Assembly (NCBI GenBank): GCA_002104945.1
Contig: MCFH01000034.1
Span: 124,001-188,000 of the forward strand
Source: Piromyces finnis finn
Lineage: Eukaryota; Fungi; Neocallimastigomycota
Reading direction: 5' to 3'
Length of the DNA: 64,000 nt
Below, in pieces: positions 26,675 through 37,641 of the stretch. The position numbers and the translations under genes are program-made. The notes under the pieces were generated by a model. The model worked only from the letters and a program-made list of their open reading frames with translations, did not search any database and was not told where the DNA came from. Position 1 is the stretch's first letter. Each line of letters starts with the position of its first letter.

Positions 26675-29600
26675 ATGTCAGTCCTTTATATTAAAGACAA
26701 GAATTATATCAGACGTGGTACCCGGTCTTATGGTATCCCCTTAGATGATATTCGCTCCTTCTTTATCCGTGGTATTCGATCATGGTCAGTAAATATGCTA
26801 TGGGAAAAACTCGAGGTTATTCTAGAAGATAAATTTAATTCAGTTATTAGTGTTAAATATTTTCAGACTTTCAATGATCACTTTTTCTTAGTCAAGGTTC
26901 ATGGTTCATCGAAAGATTGTATTAAAATCTTACACATGTTAAAGAAGAAACTTTCAGTTACCTCAATTTCCTTTTCAGCTCGTAGTAGAAGGAATCACAA
27001 ATACACTTTTTCCACTCTCAAACGTAAAATTTTAGTTTCTAATAAACATCAACATTCTATTCAACAATCATTTCAACAATCAGTTCAACAATCTCATCAA
27101 CAATCCGATCTTCAACTAGATCTTCAACAAGATCTTCAACAAGTTTCCAATCATGAAAATATTCCAGATCTACAGCAAACACAATTTCAATCTCAACATT
27201 CAACAATTAATTCTAATAGCTCTATCAACTCTGATAACAGTTCAATAGTTGATAGTTCTTCAGTTTCACAGCCATCTAGTAATAGTTCTACTTATTCCTC
27301 TGATGCATCATCCATTAATAACGATGACTTTAATAATAATAATAATAGCAACGATTCTTCCTCATCCAACAAGCCTGATAACTTTTCTTTTTGTCTTAGT
27401 TGGAACACCAATGGGTGGAATCACGAAAAGAGAGATAGTATTAGCTATTTCACAGCTATTTTCAAACCATTATTTTTATGTTTCCAAGAAACTGGTAATG
27501 GTTCTGGATCGAATACAGATTATCCTTGTCGTGTTACTTTGCGAAACTATAGACACTTTTTCAAGAAAGCTGACGAATCAGTTCCGGGAATGAGAGGTTT
27601 ATATTTAGGTTTTCACAATTCATGTCAAGCCTCACTTGAAAACTTCTCTGGAAAGTATATTATTTCTATTTATACTTTTAGTCTCTGGAATAGATTCAAA
27701 TGCTCGATTGGTAATGTTTATATGCCTCATAGTCATCACAACATCTATGTTGATCATGCAAAGTTAGAAGTTCGCTTGTGGTTACAAACTCATTCATCCC
27801 ATCCATCGATTCTTGTTGGTGATTTTAATATGTCTAAAGTAAAATTATCCAACTGGTTATCAACTAATGGATTAGGAGATTGGGAAATTCTTCCGCTTAG
27901 AGGGTCTACTATCTCTTGGACTCGAGGTGATCAATCTTCCGACATTGACCATGCTCTTATTAATTCGAAGATGAAAGATCTTATTCACTCAGGATCATTT
28001 ATAAATAATTTTTATCCTGTATCAGACCATAAGCCACTTCTTATTAATGGTAAAATTTTTCCTATGGAAGATTTTTCTAATGACTTTAATGTTCCTAAGA
28101 AAATTCTGAAATGGAATAGATTAAAATGTATTGAGGAAAAGGAATCTATTCTCAGTCATAATAAATTCCAAATACTTTCAGCAAAATCCAACGATCCTAA
28201 TGTTTCTACAGATGAACTTTCCAAAGAGTTTACTTCAACTGCTTTTTCAATTGCAGACGAGCTCAGTATTACTTCAGCAAATAATGTTATAAAGTCTTCA
28301 TTTCATATTTCACAACAAATTTTTAATCTTCAAAAAATCAAAATGAAGTTGTATAAGAGATTTAAAAAAGAAAGAATTTATGATATAGATGAATTTATTA
28401 AAAGAATTAAAATCTACCGTAAACTCATTGATTACATCCACAAAAGATGTAATGAATTTAGGAAGCAAGAATATCTTCATTGGATTAAAACAGGATGTGA
28501 GTATATGAAGAGTCATAATCCTAAGAAGGCCTGGAAATGGATCAAGAAAACTGCAAAAATTGGAAAAGATTCTTTCTTTATTGCTCAACCAATTAAAAAT
28601 AAAAATGGAGAATTAGTTGTTGCTACGGAAGAACAACTAGATGTGTGGCATGATCATTTCGAAAATCTTGCATCAGACCCAAGTGGTGTAAGTCTTGATT
28701 TGGAGCATTGGTATGAAGAACCAACGAATAAACGTTTTTCACTTCCTATGCTTGATGAGTGGGATATCAACCAAGATATTAGTATTGATGAAGTCAAGTC
28801 AGCTATCCTCACTACTCCAAATTATAAAGCATCAGGTCCGGATGGTATTCCAATTGAATTTTACAAAGCATTAGTTCCATCAAGTAATGATTCTAATAAT
28901 GCTACAGATAATAATTCTTCTGGTAATACTACTTCAGATAATGATGCTCATGGTTTAAATTTTATTCTTAAATTATTCAACCGTATTTGGGATGGAGATT
29001 TCCCCAACTCATGGAATGAATCCAGTATTGTTTCTATTCCTAAGAAGGGTGATTTGACAGATTGTGATAACTATCGAGGTATATCACTTATCAATAATGG
29101 TATTAAGTTGATTTCCAAAATTGTCACCACTAGAATCTCAGAATATGGTTTAAAGAATAATTTCATTAGACCTGAACAATTTGGTTTTCGAAAAAAGGAA
29201 GAAAGTATTAGTCTTTTCATTTCAATCCAAGAAATATGCCGTAGACGTCAATTAGATAATAAAGAGACATATTTGGCCTTTTTAGATCTCAGGAAAGCAT
29301 ACGATTCAGTCCCAATCGGTAATATTCTCCATAAATTAGATTGTTTAGGAATCCGAGGTAAGAGTCTACAATTTATCAAAAATTTATATTTAACATCTAA
29401 GGCTAATGTCAAATTAGATGGACAATTCTCGAAATCTTTTGATGTGAAGAAAGGAGTCCGTCAAGGTTGCCCTCTTTCTCCTATTCTCTTTAATCTCTTT
29501 ATTAATGATATATTTAGAGAGTGCGAAGATCTAGGAGTCAGTTTAGGTGACACTCGATGCTGTGGTGGACTTTTTGCAGATGATATAGTTATTTGTGCTC

Positions 29601-31198
29601 CAACAAGAGGATGCTTAAAAAAGATGCTTAGAAGAGTTAATGAATGGGCATTGTATAATGAAATGGAATTTGGTATCCAGAAATGTTCAACGATGGTGAT
29701 TCGTCCTGAATCAATAGAAAATCAGAACAAGAGAGATCCAACATTTTACTTAGCAGGACAACCCATTCCAACTACTGATTGCTATACTTATCTTGGTGTT
29801 CCATTTGATAAGAATCTGTCCCTTAAACCAGTAATTAAAGCTCTTAATAACAAGGTTTTGAAAGGGCTTTTCTCAGTCAGTAAATTCTTAAGAAATCCTA
29901 ATATTCCTATTCCTTTCAAAAAACTAGTACTTAACTCACAAGTGATTAGCAGAGTTTCATACTTTGCACCATTACTTGGATCCAACAAAGCTAGGTCTAG
30001 GATTGCTCAGAAGCATGTTAACAAAGGAATACGATGGGTTGCCGGAGTTCATAAAGCTGTATCGTTTATATCTTTATACTCTATTTCAAAAGATTTGAAT
30101 ATTCCTCCATTGTCAGCCAAATGTGCGTTAGCTCAGGTTAGATGTTTTAACAAATGGAAAAACTCAAATTGTATTATCTCACACCTTGTCAATTACATTC
30201 CTAAATTTAGAAAATACACGTGGTGCAAATCAAGTAGGACACTTGATAAAAAACTAAAGAAGCATGGAGATGTTAAAGCAGTTAAAAACTTTTATTGGAA
30301 AGATCTCAAAGGGAATTCAATCAAAGCGCAATATTATGATGATAATAAATTTATTGAAACTAAAGATTTTATTAAATTATGTTATGAGTACCCAGAGTTT
30401 GCCTATGGCTTCTACTGGCTATTGAAAGCAAGAAGCGGATACAAGTTGGATGCTAGAGTTGCCAAAGCTGCCAAATTTGTTGATCCAGTTTGTCCTAACT
30501 ACTGTCCATGTTGCAAGTGTGGAGATCAAAGTATTAAACATTGGTTATTAGATTGTCCAACATTTAGAGATATCCGTATTAAACATTATGATTCCATAGT
30601 CCAGCTATTAAATTTTTTCAGTCAACGTAATTCCAATAGTCCTATCAATAATAATGAAATTGATAATATCAGTAGAGATAGTAATAACATTAATACTAAT
30701 AGTAACAATAGTAGTAATAACAATAGTAATAGTAACAATAGTAATAGTAACAATAGTAATAATAACAATAATAGAAATAATAATATTAGTAATGATAGCA
30801 ATAGTGAAGATAATAATTCTAATTTAGATAGTAATTTAGTTAATGATAGTAATAGTTCTAATAATCCGGTGAATATTAATGTGTATGATTATTCTAGTGT
30901 GTGCAGTAAAATATTTAAATTCCTTCTTGGGGGAAGAAGTTTTAACAATATTAATTACAATTCAAGGGAATGGAAAGAACTTTGTAAGCGTCAGATTCAA
31001 TCTGATACTAACGAAGGAACACCATTCTTGACGGTAACCGCGGAACTTCTAACCAAAATCATGCCTTTTGCTATTGGCCAGCAATGGTCAATGTTCAAAA
31101 GGTTTGAAGCAACATCCAAGAGCGTCAATGCTGAAGAAACAGTAAGACAGGCCAGGAGGGCCAGCGCAACCAATGGAGATCATAATTTTGTTCCATGA
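26675..31198 (+). CDS. LINE polyprotein: N-terminal domain + Q/S/N-rich linker + APE endonuclease + reverse transcriptase + CCHC zinc knuckle
   Basis: APE motifs SWNTNG, FQET, GDFN, IDH, SDH. RT motifs KASGPDGIP, YRGISL, QFGFR, FLDLRKAYDSV, GVRQGCPLSPILF, FADD (29573-29584), YTYLG. C-terminal CPCCKCGDQSIKHWLLDC. Confidence 0.95.
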   Translation: MSVLYIKDKNYIRRGTRSYGIPLDDIRSFFIRGIRSWSVNMLWEKLEVILEDKFNSVISVKYFQTFNDHFFLVKVHGSSKDCIKILHMLKKKLSVTSISFSARSRRNHKYTFSTLKRKILVSNKHQHSIQQSFQQSVQQSHQQSDLQLDLQQDLQQVSNHENIPDLQQTQFQSQHSTINSNSSINSDNSSIVDSSSVSQPSSNSSTYSSDASSINNDDFNNNNNSNDSSSSNKPDNFSFCLSWNTNGWNHEKRDSISYFTAIFKPLFLCFQETGNGSGSNTDYPCRVTLRNYRHFFKKADESVPGMRGLYLGFHNSCQASLENFSGKYIISIYTFSLWNRFKCSIGNVYMPHSHHNIYVDHAKLEVRLWLQTHSSHPSILVGDFNMSKVKLSNWLSTNGLGDWEILPLRGSTISWTRGDQSSDIDHALINSKMKDLIHSGSFINNFYPVSDHKPLLINGKIFPMEDFSNDFNVPKKILKWNRLKCIEEKESILSHNKFQILSAKSNDPNVSTDELSKEFTSTAFSIADELSITSANNVIKSSFHISQQIFNLQKIKMKLYKRFKKERIYDIDEFIKRIKIYRKLIDYIHKRCNEFRKQEYLHWIKTGCEYMKSHNPKKAWKWIKKTAKIGKDSFFIAQPIKNKNGELVVATEEQLDVWHDHFENLASDPSGVSLDLEHWYEEPTNKRFSLPMLDEWDINQDISIDEVKSAILTTPNYKASGPDGIPIEFYKALVPSSNDSNNATDNNSSGNTTSDNDAHGLNFILKLFNRIWDGDFPNSWNESSIVSIPKKGDLTDCDNYRGISLINNGIKLISKIVTTRISEYGLKNNFIRPEQFGFRKKEESISLFISIQEICRRRQLDNKETYLAFLDLRKAYDSVPIGNILHKLDCLGIRGKSLQFIKNLYLTSKANVKLDGQFSKSFDVKKGVRQGCPLSPILFNLFINDIFRECEDLGVSLGDTRCCGGLFADDIVICAPTRGCLKKMLRRVNEWALYNEMEFGIQKCSTMVIRPESIENQNKRDPTFYLAGQPIPTTDCYTYLGVPFDKNLSLKPVIKALNNKVLKGLFSVSKFLRNPNIPIPFKKLVLNSQVISRVSYFAPLLGSNKARSRIAQKHVNKGIRWVAGVHKAVSFISLYSISKDLNIPPLSAKCALAQVRCFNKWKNSNCIISHLVNYIPKFRKYTWCKSSRTLDKKLKKHGDVKAVKNFYWKDLKGNSIKAQYYDDNKFIETKDFIKLCYEYPEFAYGFYWLLKARSGYKLDARVAKAAKFVDPVCPNYCPCCKCGDQSIKHWLLDCPTFRDIRIKHYDSIVQLLNFFSQRNSNSPINNNEIDNISRDSNNINTNSNNSSNNNSNSNNSNSNNSNNNNNRNNNISNDSNSEDNNSNLDSNLVNDSNSSNNPVNINVYDYSSVCSKIFKFLLGGRSFNNINYNSREWKELCKRQIQSDTNEGTPFLTVTAELLTKIMPFAIGQQWSMFKRFEATSKSVNAEETVRQARRASATNGDHNFVP

Positions 31199-31435
31199 CA
31201 AAATTTTGATCTTTGGCTCGGTGTCCCATTGGAAGTCAAATACAATTATTATACTTTAGTATGATAGTGGCTTTCTTACTTTAATTAAAATTACTAGAAT
31301 ACATTATACCCAATTTTTATTCATTTGTGTTTATTTAAACATATTTTTTTTTATTTTTATTTTAATTTTAATTTTTTTATTACATGTATTATAATTTTAA
31401 TTAAATTAATAATAAAGTTTAAAATATTTGATGCC

Positions 31436-31492
<57 letters not shown>

Positions 31493-31681
31493 ACAATAAC
31501 AATAAATAATATTTGTATTTATAATATATATAAATAATATTATATTGAAAATCGAATTCTAGAATGAAAGTTTTTTTTTGAAATCAATAATCATTCGCAA
31601 AGTATAGTTTTATAGTTTTATTATAGTTTTTATTTGCTTTCGTAAAAATAAATAGTTTTTAAATTTATATATTATTTTTAT

Positions 31682-31854
31682 TTGGAAGTCAAATACAATT
31701 ATTATACTTTAGTATAATAGTGGCTTTCTTACTTTAATTAAAATTACTAGAATACATTATACCCAATTTTTATTCATTTGTGTTTATTTAAACATATTTT
31801 TTTTTATTTTTATTTTTATTTTTATTATTTTCTAAAGAAGCATGGAGATATTAA
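31682..31854 (+). mobile_element. Patchwork of LINE family 1 pieces at the 5' junction of copy 2
   Basis: 31682-~31815 repeats the LINE 3' UTR (ttggaagtcaaatacaatt...aaacatatttttttt). 31832-31854 (ctaaagaagcatggagatattaa) is identical to ORF-internal 36306-36328. Confidence 0.85.
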
Positions 31855-34800
31855 TATTTAATAAATGTAGTTTCTCAAGGGGGTCTACTCATGCTCATGG
31901 TACTGAGAGAGTAGAAAGAATTAAATCCAAGTATTGCGCAATGGATGCTTGGTGCCCTCTTAGGAACGTGCCTTCATTTATTTATTAATGAAGTTTATCA
32001 AGGGGGTCTACTCATGCTCATGGTACTGAGAGAGTAGAAAGAATTAAATCCAAGCATTGCGCAATGGATGCTTGGTTAGTCTTTAAGGGAAAATTATTAG
32101 GACTAAGCTCATGGTACTGAGCGATTAAAAAACATTTTATTCATCGAATTTAAGTATTTGATGAATAAGTTGAATGTTTGATACTCAGGTAAGTTTGTAT
32201 AGTATTTAATTAGAAGAGTAATACATTTTGTTGCTGTATTTTTTTCTTTTATTCATGTATTCATGTAGTACTACTCTTCTCTTGTAAGAATCTAATGTAG
32301 TCAACTTTAGCATTTGCATTGTATTTTTATATTCATGTAGCTATTGTTGTATTGTTTCTTGTAAGAGACTGATTCACTCTACATCATGTAAAAATACTAT
32401 TCACAAGCTTTCTGGTGTCGACATTCTTGATTCAAATTTTTTACCAATTTAAATATTTAATGAAAAGTAAAGTCAAACAATTTTAGTGTCAAAAAGCGAA
32501 TCGAATTTACTAACAACAAACCAAAACTAGAATTTTTAAAGAAAATTTACAACTAGAATTCAAAAAAAAAGAAACTTTAAACAATGCATCGTAACAATTT
32601 TTGTTCTATCCAGTACTTTTAAGAAGAGAGAGAGAGACAGATTTTTTTCCATATACGTTATATTTGTAATTTTTATTAGTATTTATTTTATATTCAATAT
32701 TTTTTAATTAGAATTTATTATCATGTCAGTCCTTTATATTAAAGATAAGAATTATATCAGACGTGGTACCCGGTCTTATGGTATCCCCTTAGATGATATT
32801 CGCTCCTTCTTTATCCGTGGTATTCGATCATGGTCAGTAAATATGCTATGGGAAAAACTCGAGGTTATTCTAGAAGATAAATTTAATTCAGTTATTAGTG
32901 TTAAATATTTTCAGACTTTCAATGATCACTTTTTCTTAGTCAAGGTTCATGGTTCATCGAAAGATTGTATTAAAATCTTACACATGTTAAAGAAGAAACT
33001 TTCAGTTACCTCAATTTCCTTTTCAGCTCGTAGTAGAAGGAATCACAAATACACTTTTTCCACACTCAAACGTAAAATTTTAGTTTCTAATAAACATCAA
33101 CTTTCAATTCAACAATCACTTCAACAATCAGTTCAACAATCTCATCAACAATCCGATCTTCAACTAGATCTTCAACAAGATCTTCAACAAGTTTCCCATC
33201 ATGAAAATATTCCAGATCTACAGCAAACACAATTTCAATCTCAACATTCAACAATTAATTCTAATAGCTCTATCAACTCTGATAACAGTTCAATAGTTGA
33301 TAGTTCTTCAGTTTCACAGCCATCTAGTAATAGTTCTACTTATTCCTCTGATGCATCATCCATTAATAACGATGACTTTAATAATAATAATAATAGCAAC
33401 GATTCTTCCTCATCCAACAAGCCTGATAACTTTTCTTTTTGTCTTAGTTGGAACACCAATGGGTGGAATCACGAAAAGAGAGATAGTATTAGCTATTTCA
33501 CAGCTATTTTCAAACCATTATTTTTATGTTTCCAAGAAACTGGTAATGGTTCTGGATCGAATACAGATTATCCTTGTCGTGTTACTTTGCGAAACTATAG
33601 ACACTTTTTCAAGAAAGCTGATGAATCAGTTCCGGGAATGAGAGGTTTATATTTAGGTTTTCACAATTCGTGTCAAGCCTCACTTGAAAACTTCTCTGGA
33701 AAGTATATTATTTCTATTTATACTTTTAGTCTCTGGAATAGTTTCAAATGCTCGATTGGAAATGTTTATATGCCTCATAGTCATCACAACATCTATGTTG
33801 ATCATGCAAAGTTAGAAGTTCGCTTGTGGTTACAAACTCATTCATCCCATCCATCGATTCTTGTTGGTGATTTTAATATGTCTAAGGTAAAATTATCCAA
33901 CTGGTTATCAACTAATGGATTAGGAGATTGGGAAATTCTTCCGCTTAGAGGGTCGACTATCTCTTGGACTCGAGGTGATCAATCTTCCGACATTGACCAT
34001 GCTCTTATCAATTCGAAGATGAAAGATCTTATTCACTCAGGATCATTTATAAATAATTTTTATCCTGTATCAGACCATAAGCCACTTCTTATTAATGGTA
34101 AAATTATTCCTATGGAAGATTTTTCTAATGACTTTAATGTTCCTAAGAAAATTCTGAAATGGAATAGATTAAAATGTATTGAGGAAAAGGAATCTATTCT
34201 CAGTCATAATAAATTCCAAATACTTTCAGCAAAACTCAACGATCCTAATGTTTCTACAGATAAACTTTCCAAAGAGTTTACTTCAACTGCTTTTTCCATT
34301 GCAAACAAGCTCAGTATTACCTCAGCAAATAATGTTATAAAGTCTTCATTTCATATTTCACAACAAATTTTTAATCTTCAAAAAATCAAAATGGAGTTGT
34401 ATAAGAGATTTAAAAAAGAAAGAATTTATGATATAGATGAATTTATTAAAAGAATTAAAATCTACCGTAAGCTCATTGATTACATCCACAAAAGATGTAA
34501 TGAATTTAGGAAGCAAGAATATCTTCATTGGATTAAAACAGGATGTGAGTATATGAAGAGTCATAATCCTAAGAAGGCCTGGAAATGGATCAAGAAAACT
34601 GCAAAAATTGGAAAAGATTCTTTCTTTATTGCTCAACCAATTAAAAATAAAAATGGAGAATTAGTTGTTGCTACGGAAGAACAACTAGATGTGTGGCATG
34701 ATCATTTCGAAAAGCTTGCATCAGATCCAAGTGGTGTAAGTTTTGATTTGGAGCATTGGTATGAAGAACCAACGAATAAACGTTTTTCACTTCCTATGCT

Positions 34801-37535
34801 TGATGAGTGGGATATCAACCAAGATATTAGTATTGATGAAGTCAAGTCAGCTATCCTCACTACTCCAAATTATAAAGCATCAGGTCCGGATGGTATTCCA
34901 ATTGAATTTTACAAAGCATTAATTCCATCAAGTAATGATTCTAATAATGCTACAGATAATAATTCTTCCGGCCGGTAATACCACTTCAGATAATGATGCT
35001 CATGGTTTAAATTTTATTCTTAAATTATTCAACCGTATTTGGGATGGAGATTTCACCAACTCATGGAATGAATCCAGTATTGTTTCTATTCCTAAGAAGG
35101 GAGATTTGACAGATTGTGATAACTATCGAGGTATATCACTTATCAATAATGGTATTAAGTTGATTTCCAAAATTGTCACCACTAGAATCTCAGAATATGG
35201 TCTAAAGAATAATTTCATTAGACCTGAACAATTTGGTTTTCGAAAAAAGGAAGAAAGTATCAGTCTTTTCATTTCAATCCAAGAAATATGCCGTAGACGT
35301 CAATTAGATAATAAAGAGACATATTTGGCCTTTTTAGATCTCAGGAAAGCATACGATTCAGTCCCAATCGGTAATATTCTCCATAAATTAGATTGTTTAG
35401 GAATCCGAGGTAAGAGTTTACAATTCATCAAAAATTTATATTTAACATCTAAGGCTAATGTCAAATTAGATGGACAATTCTCGAAATCTTTTGATGTGAA
35501 GAAAGGAGTCCGTCAAGGTTGCCCTCTTTCTCCTATTCTCTTTAATCTCTTTATTAATGATATATTTAAAGAGTGCGAAGATCTCGGAGTCAGTTTAGGT
35601 GACACTCGATGCTGTGGTGGACTTTTTACAGATGATATAGTTATTTGTGCTCCAACAAGAGGATGCTTAAAAAAGATGCTTAGAAGAGTTAATGAATGGG
35701 CATTGTATAATGAAATGGAATTTGGTATCCAGAAATGTTCAACGATGGTGATTCGTCCTGAATCAATAGAAAATCAGAACAAGAGAGATCCAACATTTTA
35801 CTTAGCAGGACAACCCATTCCAACTACTGATTGTTATACTTATCTTGGTGTTCTATTTGATAAGAATTTGTCCCTTAAACCAGTAATTAAAGCTCTTAAT
35901 AACAAGGTTTTGAAAGGACTTTTCTCAGTCAGTAAATTCTTAAGAAATCCTAATATTCCTATTCCTTTCAAAAAGCTAGTACTTAACTCACAAGTGATTA
36001 ACAGAGTTTCATACTTTACACCATTACTTGGATCCAACAAAGCTAGGTCTAGGATTGCTCAGAAGCATGTTAACAAAGGAATACGATGGGTTGCCGGAGT
36101 TCATAAAGCTGTATCGTTTATATCTTTATACTCTATTTCAAAAGATTTGAATATTCCTCCATTGTCAGCCAAATGTGCGTTAGCTCAGGTTAGATGTTTT
36201 AACAAATGGAAAAACTCAAATTGTATTATCTCACACCTTGTCAATTACATTCCTAAATTTAGAAAATACACGTGGTGCAAATCAAGTAGGACACTTGATA
36301 AAAAACTAAAGAAGCATGGAGATATTAAAGCAATTAAAAACTTTTATTGGAAAGATCTCAAAGGGAATTCAATCAAAGCGCAATATTATGATGATAATAA
36401 ATTTATTGAAACTAAAGATTTTATTAAATTATGTTATGAGTACCCAGAGTTTGCCTATGGCTTCTACTGGCTATTGAAAGCAAGAAGCGGATACAAGTTG
36501 GATGCTAGAGTTGCCAAAGCTGCCAAATTTGTTGATCCAGTTTGTCCTAACTACTGTCCATGTTGCAAGTGTGGAGATCAAAGTATTAAACATTGGTTAT
36601 TAGATTGTCCAACATTTAGAGATATCCGTATTAAACATTATGATTCCATAGTCCAGCTATTAAATTTTTTCAGTCAACGTAATTCCAATAGTCCTATCAA
36701 TAATAATGAAATTGATAATATCAGTAGAGATAGTAATAACATTAATAGTAATAGTAACAATAGTAGTAATAACAATAGTAATAGTAACAATAGTAATAAT
36801 AACAATAGTAGTAATAGAAATAGTAATAATAACAATAGTAGTAATAGAAATAATAATATTAGTAATGATAACAATAGTGAAGATAATAATTCTAATTTAG
36901 ATAGTAATTTAGTTAATGATAGTAATAGTTCTAATAATCCGGTGAATATTAATGTGTATGATTATTCTAGTGTGTGCAGTAAAATATTTAAATTCCTTCT
37001 TGGGGGAAGAAGTTTTAACAATATTAATTACAATTCAAGGGAATGGAAAGAACTTTGTAAGCGTCAGATTCAATCTGGTACTAACGAAGGAACACCATTC
37101 TTGACGGTAACCGCGGAACTTCTAACCAAAATCATGCCTTTTGCTATTGGCCAGCAATGGTCAATGTTCAAAAGGTTTGAAGCAACATCCAAGAGCGTCA
37201 ATGCTGAAGAAACAGTAAGACAGGCCAGGAGGGCCAGCGTAACCAATGGAGATCATAATTTTGTTCCATGACAAAATTTTGATCTTTGGCTCGGTGTCCC
37301 ATTGGAAGTCAAATACAATTATTATACTTTTGTATGATAGTGGCTTTCTTACTTTAATTAAAATTACTAGTATACATTATACCCAATTTTTATTCATTTG
37401 TGTTTATTTAAACATATTTTTTTTATTTTTATTTTTATTTTTTAATTTTTTATTACATGTATTATAATTTTAATTAAATTAATAATAAAGTTTAAAATAT
37501 TTGATGCCGTTAAAAAAAAAAAAAAAAAAAAAAAA
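31855..37535 (+). mobile_element. LINE family 1, copy 2 (near full length, disrupted)
   Basis: Near-identical to copy 1; lacks the first ~24 nt of monomer 1; poly-A at 37512-37535. Confidence 0.95.
32723..37271 (+). pseudogene. Frameshifted LINE polyprotein of copy 2
   Basis: tcttccggccggtaat versus copy 1 tcttctggtaat: a net 4-nt gain giving ccggccgg (34968-34975) splits the ORF into 32723-34978 and 34935-37271. The RT motif FADD has become FTDD. Confidence 0.92.
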
Positions 37536-37641
37536 TTTTATTTTTATTTTTAATTTTTTTTATTACATGCATTATAATTTTAATTAAATTAATAATAAAG
37601 TTTAAAATATTTGATGCCGTTAAAAAAAAAAAAAAAAAAAA
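37536..37641 (+). repeat. Tandem duplicate of the last ~85 nt of the LINE 3' UTR with a second poly-A
   Basis: tttttatttttaatttttttta...tttgatgccgtt + A20 repeats ~37430-37535. Confidence 0.9.

Larger units (their letters stand above)
25786..31490 (+). mobile_element. Full-length, apparently intact non-LTR retrotransposon (LINE, family 1, copy 1)
   Basis: Flanked by 13-bp direct repeat tgacaataacaat (25773-25785 and 31491-31503). ~890-nt 5' UTR, one 1507-aa ORF, ~240-nt 3' UTR, 52-nt poly-A (31439-31490). Confidence 0.95.

Noticed and set aside
27249-36900. Small ORFs inside the LINEs (27249, 28310, 29788, 33297, 34358, 35840, 36674, 36706)
   Set aside because: Alternative-frame or antisense shadows of the polyprotein; no independent motifs.
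25786-37535. The two LINE copies as LTRs/one composite element or an assembly duplication
   Set aside because: Copy 1 has its own TSD and poly-A, and copy 2 has distinct junctions and private mutations. Long reads would be the final test.
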